A program made the translations under genes and the position numbers. A DNA stretch of 64,000 bases. It comes from Planctomycetota bacterium (lineage in GTDB: Bacteria; Planctomycetota; UBA1135; UBA2386). The notes under the pieces were generated by a model. It did no database searches and was not told the DNA's origin. It saw nothing but the letters and a program-made list of their open reading frames with translations. Location: NCBI GenBank assembly GCA_046290465.1, contig JBKAGP010000001.1, forward strand, positions 5,440,001-5,504,000. Direction: 5' to 3'. Below, piece by piece: positions 31,530-41,543 of the stretch; within the stretch, counting starts at the first letter, position 1; every line of letters starts with the position of its first letter.

Positions 31530-32180
31530 ATGCCGAGGCCGGCCGACCCGACGCTGCGCGAACGGCTGATCGCGGCGGCGACCGCGGAGTTCGCCGAGGG
31601 CGGCTATTCGGGCTCGACGCTCGACGCGATCGCGACGCGCGCCGGGGTCACCAAGGGCGGCCTCTACTTCCACTTCGCCGGCAAGGAAGAGCTGTTCTTC
31701 GCGGTGCTCGACCACTGGCGCGAGCACCGGCGGCGCGAGCTGCAGCTGCAGGGGCCGTCGGGTGACGGTGCGGCTGGCGCGCTGCGTTCGTTCCTGGCCG
31801 GCTACCTGTCGTTCCACCTGCGCGAGCCGGCGGCGACGCACCTGCTGCGCGTGCTGTCGACCGAGCTGCGCGGCCGCTTCACCGCGCGGCTGCGCGAGGA
31901 CGACCGCCAGGAGCAGCGCTGGTTCCGTGCGCAGGTGCGCGAACTGCTCGAACTCGGGGCGCGCGACGGCACCCTGGCCGCGGGCGATCCGGCGCTGTCG
32001 GCGTTCGTGCTGTGCGGTGCCGTGATCGGCATCCTGTCGCAGTGGCACAGCGCGCCGTCCGACGTCGAGATGCACTGCGACGAGACGCTGCTGGCGCAGC
32101 AGCTGGTCGGGCGGTTCGCGACCGGCCCGGCGCGCGACGGTGAGCCGCTGGGCGAGGGCGAGTTCGACTTCGGGCGTTAG
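31530..32180 (+). CDS. TetR/AcrR-family regulator
   Basis: LIAAATAEFAEGGY..STLDAIATRAGVTKGGLYFHFAGKEELF. Confidence 0.93.
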   Translation: MPRPADPTLRERLIAAATAEFAEGGYSGSTLDAIATRAGVTKGGLYFHFAGKEELFFAVLDHWREHRRRELQLQGPSGDGAAGALRSFLAGYLSFHLREPAATHLLRVLSTELRGRFTARLREDDRQEQRWFRAQVRELLELGARDGTLAAGDPALSAFVLCGAVIGILSQWHSAPSDVEMHCDETLLAQQLVGRFATGPARDGEPLGEGEFDFGR

Positions 32181-32233
32181 CGGGCGAAGCCCCGTCACGC
32201 GTACACGCGGCTTCCGCGATCACGGTCGGCAGC
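32178..32233. repeat. Dispersed ~57-bp repeat, copy 2
   Basis: TAGCGGGCGAAGCCCCGTCACGCGTACACGCGGCTTCCGCGATCACGGTCGGCAGC; matches 14899-14957. Confidence 0.8.
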
Positions 32234-32255
32234 GCGTCCACTACATGGACGCGCT
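32231..32255. terminator. Perfect hairpin between convergent genes
   Basis: AGCGCGTCCA-CTACA-TGGACGCGCT (10-bp stem); no U-tract. Confidence 0.5.
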
Positions 32256-32282
32256 CCTGGAGGGCCGGCCGAGAAGGGGCCT

Positions 32283-33029
32283 CTAGAAGCGGAAGCCCGC
32301 CGTCAGCAGCAGGCCTTCGTAGCCGGCGTCGAAGCCGTAGACGAACTGGCCGGACTCGATGTCGCTGCGGTCCATCGACTGGTAGCGACCGATGAACGCG
32401 AGGCCGAACTCGGCCGGGCCGAACGCGACCCGGGTGCCGGCCTCGACGTTGAGGAAGCCCGAGTCGGACTCGTAGTCGCGGAAGTCGCCGTCGACGTCGA
32501 TCGCGGTGCCGGCGACGCCGAACCCGAACTGGCCGTAGATCGTCCAGCGAACCGCGCCGGCGCGGACCAGCGTCAGCTCCGGTTCGACTTCGAAGAACGG
32601 TCCGATCGACGCGTAGGTCGTCTCCGGGTTGACCGATCCCTGGTCGTCGAGCACCAGGCCGTTGAGCAGCACGCCGACGCGGACGGGCATCTCGAAGCGG
32701 TGCTGCTGGATGCGGTAGGTGAAGTGGCCGAGGAACGTGCCGCTGGTCGCCTGCGTGCCGCGGTCGAACGGATTGCCGGGGTCGCGGAACAGGCTCTCGT
32801 CGTCGTCGGTCGCGAACGCCTCGTAGCGGATGCCGCCGCCGAAGCCGCGGCGCGTGGTGACCTCGAACTCGGCCTGGAACAGGCCGGCGGTGGCGTCGTC
32901 GTCGAAGCCCGCGAGGTCGGACTCGAAGGTGTAGGTGCCAAAGGAGATGCCGATGCCGCCGCGGAACAGCGGGCGTTGGGCGACCAGGGGCGTGGTGAGG
33001 AGCAGCAGGGGCAGGGCGAGCCAGCGCAT
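32283..33029 (-). CDS. Outer-membrane beta-barrel protein
   Basis: Signal peptide, alternating amphipathic strands, C-terminal LTAGFRF BAM-type motif. Confidence 0.8.
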   Translation of the reverse strand: MRWLALPLLLLTTPLVAQRPLFRGGIGISFGTYTFESDLAGFDDDATAGLFQAEFEVTTRRGFGGGIRYEAFATDDDESLFRDPGNPFDRGTQATSGTFLGHFTYRIQQHRFEMPVRVGVLLNGLVLDDQGSVNPETTYASIGPFFEVEPELTLVRAGAVRWTIYGQFGFGVAGTAIDVDGDFRDYESDSGFLNVEAGTRVAFGPAEFGLAFIGRYQSMDRSDIESGQFVYGFDAGYEGLLLTAGFRF

Positions 33030-33101
33030 GGCGGAGATGGTAGCGGGTTGTGGGGGCTTGGGTCGAAACCCGGCCCCCAGCGCAGCTCCGCCGCCGGCGT
33101 T

Positions 33102-35159
33102 CTACAGAAGGTCGAGCACGCCCGAGACCTGGTTGGTCAGCGTCTCCACCGCCGCGCGGTAGTTGATGTTGGTGCTGATCTTCGAGTGCCAAGGCAGCTT
33201 TGCACGGTCGGCGACGGCGCCGAGCGCGACCGCCGCGAACGCCCGCTGCAGGTCGCCGCGGCCTTCGTCGAACAGCGCCCGCTTGAGCGGCGCGACCGAC
33301 CGACGGTCGCCGATCTGGCCGAGCGCCTCGGCGATCGCGGCCAGCGTCGCGAGGTTGCTGTCCTCTTCGTCGAGCTTCTTGTGCAGCTCCTCGGCGGCCG
33401 ACTTGTCGCCGAGCAGGCCGAGCGCGATCGCCGCCTGCACGAACAGGTTGCTGCGGCGCTCCGACACCGACATTGCCTCCTGGATGTCCTCGACGCTGCC
33501 GTCGTCCCGCATCAGCGCGACGCCGAGGCACAGGTAGCCGGCCTGCACTTCCTTCTGCAGGTCACGCTTCATGATCCGCACCATCGCCGGCGCGGCGTCC
33601 CGGTGGCGGGTCAGGCCGAGCGCGACACCGAGCGCGCCGACGAACTCCGGCTGCTTGGCCTTCTCGAGCTCTTCGAGCAGCGCGTCGCCGACGGTCTCGT
33701 CGATGTCGGCGGCCAGCTGCTGCGCCTCGGCCGCGCGGTAGCGCTCGTGCGCCTGCACGCCGAGCGCGATCGCCGCCCACGGCTGCTCGAGGTTGTTGCC
33801 CTTGCGCAGCATCCGCAGCAGGAAGTCGCGGTTCTTGGTGCCGCCGATCTGGCCGAGCGCCAGCAGCGAGAAGTTGCGGGTCTGCGCGTCCTTGTGGTTC
33901 GCGAACGTCTTCTCGAGCAGTTCGCTGTAGCCGGCGTGGCGGCTGCGCTTGTCGTCACGCGGCTCGCACAGCTGGCCGAGCGCCAGCACGCACGAACGCG
34001 CCAGGTCGTGGCTGCGGCGCTTGCGGTTCTTGCCGTCGAGCTCCTCGGCGAAGCGCTGCCGGAACTCGTCGGCGCGCGCGCTGCCCGGATCGAGCAGCCG
34101 GGTGATCGCCGTCGGGCAGTGCGACTGGATCAGCTGCTGGCCGGCGCCGAGCGGCCGTTCGTAGTAGCGCAGCAGCGCGTCGAGCGCGTCGTCGAGCATT
34201 GCCGCCTGTTCGGTGTCGCGCGGGTCGAGCGCCAGCAGGCCGATGCCGGTGATCGCCGCGACCTTGAGGTTGCGGTCGCGCAGCCGGTCGTCCTCGAGCA
34301 CCTTGCGCAGCGTCGTCAGCGCCTGCTGCTTGACCTTGTCGTCGTTGTGTTCGCTGGCGTAGAGGCCGAGGCCGTAGAGCGCGAACGACCGGGTGCGCAC
34401 GCCGAGTTCGCCGCCGCGCAGCTTGCGGCCACGTTCGTTGTCGAGCGCCAGGTCGCTGAGCGTCTCGATCGCATCGCCCTGCTTGATCGCCGCGATGCCG
34501 TAGACCAGTGCCGCGGTCTCGCGGATCTCCTGGTTGTCGCGCGACAGCCGCGGTTGGAACACGTCGGCGAGCGCGAACTCGGGGTGGTTCTGGCCGATCT
34601 TGGCCATGCCGATCAGGCAGGACGACACGATGTCGCGCTGCTCGGTAGAGTCGATCGCCTTCTTCAGCGACGGCAGGATGTCGTTCTGGATCTGGTCGCG
34701 GGTCGGTTCGAGCAGGTTGCTGTTGCTGCTCATCGTGCCGCGGCCCTTCCAGAAGCCCTCGTAGCCGGTCGAGGTGTTGGAGCGGTGCACGGCATCGCGC
34801 AGGCCGATGAAGTCGTGCTTGTTGAACTCCCACCAGTAGCTCCAGCCGGTGAGGTCGGCGTCGAGCCGGATGCCGCCGCCGGTGCGACCGGCCGGGCTGC
34901 CGCCACGCGGGCCGCTGGGGCCGGTGCTGCCGCCGGTGCCGGGGCCGGACGGGATCGGCGCCGACGGGCCGCGCGGGCCGCCGGTTCGCGGCGCGCCGGT
35001 CGGGCCGCTCGGTCGGCCGGTCCGGCCGCCGCTGCCGCCGCCACCGGGCGGGACGACGTCCTCGGGGCCGCGGTACTGGCCGCCGTGGGCCTCGGCTTCG
35101 TTGCTCAACAGCGCGCAGACGACGACGCCGAGCGCGCACGAGAGGATGCGAGATTGCAT
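33102..35159 (-). CDS. Secreted HEAT-repeat protein with Gly/Pro-rich N-terminal linker
   Basis: AAGGAG RBS; signal peptide then AHGGQYRGP; W..WWEFNK; repeated AAIALG / LALGQIG. Confidence 0.85.
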   Translation of the reverse strand: MQSRILSCALGVVVCALLSNEAEAHGGQYRGPEDVVPPGGGGSGGRTGRPSGPTGAPRTGGPRGPSAPIPSGPGTGGSTGPSGPRGGSPAGRTGGGIRLDADLTGWSYWWEFNKHDFIGLRDAVHRSNTSTGYEGFWKGRGTMSSNSNLLEPTRDQIQNDILPSLKKAIDSTEQRDIVSSCLIGMAKIGQNHPEFALADVFQPRLSRDNQEIRETAALVYGIAAIKQGDAIETLSDLALDNERGRKLRGGELGVRTRSFALYGLGLYASEHNDDKVKQQALTTLRKVLEDDRLRDRNLKVAAITGIGLLALDPRDTEQAAMLDDALDALLRYYERPLGAGQQLIQSHCPTAITRLLDPGSARADEFRQRFAEELDGKNRKRRSHDLARSCVLALGQLCEPRDDKRSRHAGYSELLEKTFANHKDAQTRNFSLLALGQIGGTKNRDFLLRMLRKGNNLEQPWAAIALGVQAHERYRAAEAQQLAADIDETVGDALLEELEKAKQPEFVGALGVALGLTRHRDAAPAMVRIMKRDLQKEVQAGYLCLGVALMRDDGSVEDIQEAMSVSERRSNLFVQAAIALGLLGDKSAAEELHKKLDEEDSNLATLAAIAEALGQIGDRRSVAPLKRALFDEGRGDLQRAFAAVALGAVADRAKLPWHSKISTNINYRAAVETLTNQVSGVLDLL

Positions 35160-35210
35160 AGGGGTCTCCTTGGGTTCGCGCACGCGGCGACAGCGTGCAT
35201 GCACCCTCTT

Positions 35211-35226
35211 GGCAATGGCCGTGCCA
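35211..35226 (-). promoter_or_regulatory. Sigma-54 promoter
   Basis: TGGCACG-GCCA-TTGCC, near-perfect consensus, about 50 nt upstream of the HEAT-protein start. Confidence 0.8.
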
Positions 35227-35248
35227 GCGGCGAAGGTGTGCGCGATCC

Positions 35249-36178
35249 GTGACGAAACCCGAGCGATCGCTACCCCGACGAAACGACAAGCGGCGCCGAC
35301 GGCTCCGCAGGTGGGGGATCGCCCTGGTCTCGTTGCTGATGGCCTGGTGGCTCGTCGGTGCCGCCGGCTACTTCGCGGCGACCAGGCCCAACCCGCGGCC
35401 GATCCAGCCGCTGCAGCAGCTCGCCGGCCATGCGGTCGCCGTCCATTCGGTGCAGGCCGTCGACGGTGTCACGAGCCGGGCCTGGTGGATCCCGGCTGGC
35501 GACGCGCGCCGCGCCGTGGTGCTCTGCGCCGGCATCCGCGGCGATCGCCAACGCATGCTCGGCCGCGCCCGGTTCTATCTCGAGCGCGGCTGGTCGACGC
35601 TGCTGGTCGACCTGCGCGGCACCGGCGAGAGCGAACGCGTGCGCATCTCGATGGGCTGGCACGAGGCGCTCGACCTGCTCGCGTGGCGGCAGTGGCTGCT
35701 GCAGCGGGGGGTCGAGCAGGTCGGCGTGCACGGCCAGAGCCTCGGCGCGGCGGCGGCGGCGTTCACGGCGTTGCGCGATCGCGACGCGGCGCGCTGGCAC
35801 TTCCTGGTGCTCGAGGCCTGCTACACCAACCTCGCCGAGGCGGCCGCTGCGCGCGCCCGCGGCGTGCCGCAGGCCTGCTACTGGCCGATGCTCTGGCTGG
35901 CGGAGTGGCTGCTCGACCTCGACGTCGAGGCGATGGACGCCGTGGCGGCCCTGCGGCAGCAGCCTGCGCCGACGCTGCTGCTCTGCGGCGATCGCGACCG
36001 CAAGGTCGGGCGCGATGGGCTGCGTCGCCTGTTCGAAGCGTCGGCGGCCGCCGACAAGGTCCGGTACGAGGTGCCGGGTATCGCGCACCGGGATCTGTGG
36101 CGCGGGGGTGGCGAGGCCGTCCGCGTCGTCGTCGACCGGTTCCTGGCTCGTCGCCGGGCGGCTATCGAACCTCGATGA
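35249..36178 (+). CDS. Alpha/beta hydrolase with N-terminal TM anchor
   Basis: DLRGTGES, nucleophile GQSLG, LLLCGDRD, GIAH; start position uncertain. Confidence 0.85.
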   Translation: MTKPERSLPRRNDKRRRRLRRWGIALVSLLMAWWLVGAAGYFAATRPNPRPIQPLQQLAGHAVAVHSVQAVDGVTSRAWWIPAGDARRAVVLCAGIRGDRQRMLGRARFYLERGWSTLLVDLRGTGESERVRISMGWHEALDLLAWRQWLLQRGVEQVGVHGQSLGAAAAAFTALRDRDAARWHFLVLEACYTNLAEAAAARARGVPQACYWPMLWLAEWLLDLDVEAMDAVAALRQQPAPTLLLCGDRDRKVGRDGLRRLFEASAAADKVRYEVPGIAHRDLWRGGGEAVRVVVDRFLARRRAAIEPR

Positions 36179-36413
36179 TCTCGATGATCACCGGCTTGCT
36201 CACCGACGCCTCCTTGCCGGGGCTCACGATGCCACTGATCGCCATCGCCGGTTCGTTCGCGCTCAGGGTGACGGACTCCGGCGATCCCTGTCCTTCGAAC
36301 TTCAGGGTGATCGAACCGCTCACGTCGTTGGGCCGCCGGACCAACACGGTCAGTCGAACGTCGTTGTTGGTCGCGTTGGTGTAGAAGTCGCCCCTGGTCA
36401 CCATCTTCGTCAT
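36162..36413 (-). CDS. Small hypothetical protein (83 aa, beta-rich)
   Basis: ATG start, normal codon bias, fills the gap between genes; sigma-54-like site upstream. Confidence 0.55.
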   Translation of the reverse strand: MTKMVTRGDFYTNATNNDVRLTVLVRRPNDVSGSITLKFEGQGSPESVTLSANEPAMAISGIVSPGKEASVSKPVIIEIIEVR

Positions 36414-36433
36414 GCAGCGGACGAGAGCGACTC

Positions 36434-36449
36434 GGCACCAGATGTGCCA
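36434..36449 (-). promoter_or_regulatory. Candidate sigma-54 promoter
   Basis: TGGCACA-TCTG-GTGCC (GG-N10-GC); quasi-palindromic, so it could instead be an operator. Confidence 0.45.
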
Positions 36450-36464
36450 GCCAATTTTCGTCGC

Positions 36465-37799
36465 CTAGGCCTGCACGTACTTGCCCGCGATCGGCAGCAC
36501 GTCCGCCATCGCGTTGCGCGAGTCGACCACCAGTCGCGCGTGCTGGCCGATCAACCGCCAGTCGACCGCCTTGTGGTTGGTCACGATCAGCACGCAGTCG
36601 GCGCGCTGCAGCGCCTCGGCGTCGAGCGGCGTCGAGTGCATGCGGTACTCCATGTACTTGCGCATCCCGGCGAACAGCGGCACGTGCGGATCGTGGTACG
36701 ACACGTCGGCACCGTGCTCGAACAGCAGCTTGATGATCTCCGCGGCCGGCGTCTCGCGCACGTCGTCGACGTCCGGCTTGTAGGCGAGGCCGACGACCAG
36801 CACCTTGCTGCCGCGCAGCGGCTTGCCGAGGTCGTTGAGGCCCTCCATCGTGCGGCGCACCACGTACATCGGCATCGAGTTGTTGACCTCGCCGGCCAGT
36901 TCGATGAACCGCGTGTGGTGGCCGAACTCCTTGGCCTTCCAGGTCAGGTAGAACGGGTCGATCGGGATGCAGTGGCCGCCGAGGCCCGGCCCGGGGTAGA
37001 AGGCCTGGAAGCCGAACGGCTTGGTCTTGGCGGCTTCGACGACCTTCCAGATGTCGATGCCCATGTCGGTCAGCACCGGCTTGAGCTCGTTGACCAGCGC
37101 GATGTTGACGCAGCGGTAGATGTTCTCGAGCAGCTTGGCCGCCTCGGCGACCTCGGCGGTCTCGACCGGCACGACCTGCGCGATCGCCGCGCTGTAGCAG
37201 AGCGTCGCCAGCTTGCCGCTGGTCTCGTCGATGCCGCCGACCAGCTTCGGGATCGTCTGGGTCGAGTGGTCCTGTCGGCCCGGGTCCTCACGCTCGGGGC
37301 TGTAGGCGAGGAAGAAGTCTTCGCCGGCCTTCAGCCCGGTCCGCTCCAGGATCGGCATCATGTCGCCGCGGGTCGTGCCGGGGTAGGTCGTCGACTCGAG
37401 CGTGACCAGCTGGCCCTTGCGCAGCACCTTGGCGACCATCTCGGACGACTGCACGATGTAGCTCATGTCCGGCTCGCCGTGGCCGCCGAGCGGCGTCGGC
37501 ACGCACAGGATGATCACGTCGGCGTTGCCGAGGTTTTGCGCGTCGGCCGTCGCGACGAACGTGTCCGAACGGGCGAGATCGGCGACGAAGTCCTCGCCGA
37601 GGTGCTTGAGGTACGACTCGCCCTTGTTGAGCAGGTCGATCTTCTGCTGGTCGACGTCGAAGCCGATCACCGGGAAACCGGCCCGGAAGAACGCGCGGAG
37701 GAGGGGGAGCCCGACGTAGCCCAGGCCGACGACACCGATGGTGGCGGTGCGGGACTGGAGCTTCTGTTCGAGCTGTGCAGCGGGTGAGGTCGCGGCCAT
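36465..37799 (-). CDS. Nucleotide-sugar dehydrogenase (UDP-GlcNAc 6-dehydrogenase, WbpA/WecC family)
   Basis: GLGYVGLP, CVPTP, ESTTYPGTT, YSPEREDPG, GPGLGGHCIPIDP, GLAYKPDVDDVRETP. Confidence 0.93.
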   Translation of the reverse strand: MAATSPAAQLEQKLQSRTATIGVVGLGYVGLPLLRAFFRAGFPVIGFDVDQQKIDLLNKGESYLKHLGEDFVADLARSDTFVATADAQNLGNADVIILCVPTPLGGHGEPDMSYIVQSSEMVAKVLRKGQLVTLESTTYPGTTRGDMMPILERTGLKAGEDFFLAYSPEREDPGRQDHSTQTIPKLVGGIDETSGKLATLCYSAAIAQVVPVETAEVAEAAKLLENIYRCVNIALVNELKPVLTDMGIDIWKVVEAAKTKPFGFQAFYPGPGLGGHCIPIDPFYLTWKAKEFGHHTRFIELAGEVNNSMPMYVVRRTMEGLNDLGKPLRGSKVLVVGLAYKPDVDDVRETPAAEIIKLLFEHGADVSYHDPHVPLFAGMRKYMEYRMHSTPLDAEALQRADCVLIVTNHKAVDWRLIGQHARLVVDSRNAMADVLPIAGKYVQA

Positions 37800-37941
37800 G
37801 GATTCGCGCATAGGAGTATCGCGTCATCGGCAATCGGGCCAGCGCGGCCTGACTCGGCGCACAGCTTTGACGGGGGGCTCACGGGCTGCGACGATGGTCG
37901 CCGTGGGCAACCGAGACGGCAGGCAGGCACGGCGCCTTGGC

Positions 37942-39039
37942 ATGGTGCGTCCCGCGCTGGCGATGCTGGCCTGCCTGGTCCTGTTGCCGTCGTGCGTCAC
38001 GACGATGCTCTGGCAGGATGACGGCGGGCCGGGACGTCGGCGGCAGCCGCGGACCTAGCCCGAGCTGCTCGGGGAGGACGCGCAGTCGGTTGCGGGCGAC
38101 CTCGCGTTCGGAGGGGACGGCCGCGCCGGTGAGGCCTGGATGTGCGACCAGCAGGGGCGCGCCAACTGGTCGGTGCTCGCGCCGCACGGCGGCGACGCCG
38201 CCGCGGTCGTGCTCGCGGGCCGCTGCGGTGCGGTCGAGCACGTCACGGTCCTCGGCAGTCGCAGCTTCGTCGACGCGGACCTGACCATGAGCACGGCCGA
38301 GGTGCGGGTCGAGACCCGCTTCGAACCCGAGCGCATCGGGCGCGCGGTCACGTGGCGCGAGGTCGGCGATGCTGCCGCCGACGTGTTGTCGGTCGAACGG
38401 CGCAACGCGTTCGCGTTCGCGGCCGATCCCTGGCTGCGCTTCCCGCGGGTCTATCGCGAGTGCGTGCAGCGGCTCGACACCGTCGACCTCGGTCGGCTGG
38501 TCGGCGGGTCGGGCGGCCAGAGCTGCGACGTGCTGGCGTTCGTGCTGGTCGACGACGAGGGGCTGCCGTGTTTCGAGCCGGGTTCGACGCGGCGCGCCGC
38601 GCCGCCGCTGGCCGACCGGCAGGTGACGTTCGACGAACGGCTCGAGCTGCTCGGTCAGGTGCAGCTGCTGGTGCGCGCGCGCATCGGCGGTGAAGAACGG
38701 CTGCTGCAGCTCGACCCCGAGCAGCTGTGGCTGTGGTCCAGCGCCGAGAGGTCCGGGCGTCGGCTGGTGCACACCGGGCGCTGGACGCTGTTCCCCGCGG
38801 ATCCCGACGAGCCGCCGGGCGACGGTTCGCGGCGGGTCGCCTACGTCGCCGACATCCGTACCCGGCGCTTCGAACTGGTCGAGACCGTGCCGCCGATCGA
38901 CGCCGGATCCGACTTCTGGAACAAGCTCGCGTGGACCCCGGTGACGCTCGCGATCGACATCCTGACGCTGCCGATCCAGGCGTTCGTCCTCGGCGGCGAC
39001 GACGAGGACGACCGGCCGGCGCGGCGACCCCGCCGCTGA
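37942..39039 (+). pseudogene. Hypothetical lipoprotein interrupted by an in-frame TAG at 38056-38058
   Basis: MVRPALAMLACLVLLPSCVTTMLW...PRT*PELLGED... continues in frame into ORF 38140..39039. Confidence 0.6.
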
Positions 39040-39045
39040 GGGACG

Positions 39046-39489
39046 ATGATGCTCGCCGACGACCAGGCCGCGACGTGGTGGGACCAGCTCTGGTCCTGGT
39101 GTGACGAGCACGCCGCGCTGATGACGTGGCTGTTCGTCGGTTCGCTCGCGTCGCTGGTGCTCGTGATCGCGCTGCTGCCGGTGGTCGTGGTGCGGCTGCC
39201 GGCCGATCATTTCGACCCGGCGCGTCCGTCGGCGCCGCCGCCGCGAACGCTGCTGGGCTGGATCGGCCGCGTGCTGCGCAACGTGCTCGGTTGGCTGTTC
39301 GTCGTGGTCGGCGCGATCCTGCTGCTGCTGCCCGGGCAGGGGCTGCTGACGATGCTGATCGGATTGATGATGGTGGACTTTCCCGGCAAGCGCGGCCTCG
39401 AGCGCCGCATCCTGACGCGGCCGACGATCCTGCGGGTCGTCAACCGCATGCGCGAGCGCCGCGGCCACCCGCCGCTGATCGTCGACTGA
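39046..39489 (+). CDS. PGPGW-family-like membrane protein
   Basis: LRNVLGWLFVVVGAILLLLPGQGLLTMLIGLMMVDFPGK. Confidence 0.8.
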   Translation: MMLADDQAATWWDQLWSWCDEHAALMTWLFVGSLASLVLVIALLPVVVVRLPADHFDPARPSAPPPRTLLGWIGRVLRNVLGWLFVVVGAILLLLPGQGLLTMLIGLMMVDFPGKRGLERRILTRPTILRVVNRMRERRGHPPLIVD

Positions 39490-39491
39490 CC

Positions 39492-40382
39492 GTGCACGTC
39501 TTCTACTCGGATCCGTTCACGTTCCCGCTGCCGCCGGAGCATCGCTTTCCGTCGCAGAAGTACCGGCTGCTGCGCGAACGGGTCGAGCGCTGGCCGGCAT
39601 CGACCGGGGTCGAACTGCGGCTCGCGCCGCGCGCGACCGACGACGAGCTGCGGCTGGTGCACACGGTCGACTACCTCGACGGCTTCGCTGCCGGCACGCT
39701 CGGTGACGAAGCGCAGAAGCGGATCGGCTTTCCGTGGAGTCCGGAGCTGGTCGAGCGTTCGCGGCGCAGCTGCGGCGGCACGGTCGCGGCGGCCCGGCGC
39801 GCGATCGTCGACGGACGCGCGGCCTACCTGGCCGGCGGCACGCACCACGCGCGCGCCGACCGCGGGGCCGGCTACTGCGTCTACAACGACTGTGCGGTGG
39901 CGGCGCGGGTGCTGCAGCGCGAGGCGGGCATCGCGCGCGTGCTGGTCGTCGACACGGACGTGCACCAGGGGGACGGCACCGCGGCGATCTTCGCGGGCGA
40001 CGAGCGGGTGTTCACGTTCTCGATGCACGGCGACCAGAACTTCCCCGCGCAGAAGGCGGTCAGCGATCTGGACATCGCGATGCCGACTGGCACCGGCGAC
40101 GAGGCGTTCCTGGCGCAGCTGCGCGACGGTCTGGCCGAGGCGCTGCGGCGGGCGCGGCCGCAGTTCGTGTTGTTCCTGAGCGGCGCGGATCCGTTCGTGG
40201 GGGATCGGCTGGGGCGGCTGGCGCTGAGCAAGGCGGGGCTGCGCGCCCGCGACGAACACGTGCTCGGCGAGCTCCGGCGGCGGTCGCTGCCGCACGTCAC
40301 GGTGATGGGCGGCGGCTACGGCAAGGACATCGCGGACACCGTCGACGTCTACGAGGCGACCGTGCGTGCGACGTTGGGTTGA
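39492..40382 (+). CDS. Histone deacetylase family protein
   Basis: HRFP..KY, GGTHHA, GYCVYND, DTDVHQGDGT, GADP, GGGY; GTG start 2 nt after the upstream stop. Confidence 0.92.
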   Translation: MHVFYSDPFTFPLPPEHRFPSQKYRLLRERVERWPASTGVELRLAPRATDDELRLVHTVDYLDGFAAGTLGDEAQKRIGFPWSPELVERSRRSCGGTVAAARRAIVDGRAAYLAGGTHHARADRGAGYCVYNDCAVAARVLQREAGIARVLVVDTDVHQGDGTAAIFAGDERVFTFSMHGDQNFPAQKAVSDLDIAMPTGTGDEAFLAQLRDGLAEALRRARPQFVLFLSGADPFVGDRLGRLALSKAGLRARDEHVLGELRRRSLPHVTVMGGGYGKDIADTVDVYEATVRATLG

Positions 40383-40430
40383 GCTTCGCAACTGCTTGCC
40401 TCGGGGCCCGGCCGGCGGTGTGATTTCCAC

Positions 40431-41464
40431 GTGTTCGGCAACCTGCGATGGTCGCGGTGCGGCGCCGACGCCGAAGCGCGTCGGCTTTACAAGGCGCAGC
40501 TGTGCGCATCGTGCCACGCGATGCACGGCTTGAGTGGCCGGGCGTCGTCGCTGCTCGCCAACTACGACCAGTCGCTGCTGGTGCTGGTGCTGTCGGCGCT
40601 GGCCGGCGGCGAGCCCGAGCCGCGCCGCTGCACCGCGGTGCCGTGGCGGACCGTCGCCGTGCAGCAGCTGCCCGCGGCGCTGCAGACGTTCGTGGCTGCC
40701 GGCAACCTGGCGCTGATCGACGCCAAGCTGCGCGACGACGTCGACGACGGCGGCCGCTGGTATGCGCGGCCGCTGCGCTGGCTGCTCGGACGCAAGGTCC
40801 AGAAGGCGCTGCAGGCGCTGCGCGAACTCGGCTTCGACGTCGCGCGCGTGACCGGGCTGCCGGCGCGGCAGGCGCAGGCGGAGCGCGGCAACGGGCACGA
40901 CCTTGGGGGGTTCGCCGAGCCGTCGGCGGATCTGCTCGGCGAGATCTTCGCCCACGGGGCGCGGCTCGGCGGCGCTGCCGAACGCGAGCCCGACGTGCGT
41001 CGGTTCGGGGCCGCGGTCGCCCGCGCGGTCTACGGTCTCGACGCGCTCGAGGACCACGACGAGGATCGGCGCCGCGGTCGCTTCAACGCGATCGCCCGGA
41101 CCGCGGCCCGGCTCGGCCACGGGGCCGCCGTGCAGGCCGCTGCCGCCTCCGTGCAGGGAGCGGCGATCGAGGCACAGCAGCTCGCGACGCGGCTGTTGCC
41201 CGAGGACCGCCAGCGCATGGTCGGCGAGATCCTGCAGCAGCTGGTGCGCCGTTCGGACACCTGCCGCGATCGCCTGCTCGGCCGCCCCGAGGTCGCCGCC
41301 GCGCGCCCGTCGGAGGCCGGCGACTGCGACTGCGCCTGCGAGGGCTGCGGCGGCGGCGAAGGCTGCTGCGCCGGCGAGGGCTGCTGCTTCGCCTGCGAAT
41401 GCTGCGACGTCTGCTTCTGCTGGAGCGAAGAACGCCGCCAACGCCGCCGCGACCGCCGAAGTAG
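40431..41464 (+). CDS. DUF5685-like protein with Cys-rich C-terminal tail (3' end uncertain; the frame stays open to 42065)
   Basis: MFG...Y...LC..C......G.......NYD motif; DAKLRDDVDD; DALEDHDEDRRRGRFN. Confidence 0.7.
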
Positions 41465-41543
41465 CCGTACGAGTCGCTGGCTCATCCTGCAGCTGCTGCG
41501 CGCTCGCGGAAGTTGGAGGATGAACCAGGTACCGTACGGCTAC

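Noticed and set aside
38056..38058. Pyrrolysine or genome-wide amber recoding
   Set aside because: TAG is the normal stop of many genes here, and no pyl genes or methylamine methyltransferase context is seen.
40503..40517. CASCH (CxxCH) in the DUF5685-like protein as a c-type heme site
   Set aside because: There is no signal peptide, and the CxxC belongs to the family's N-terminal motif.
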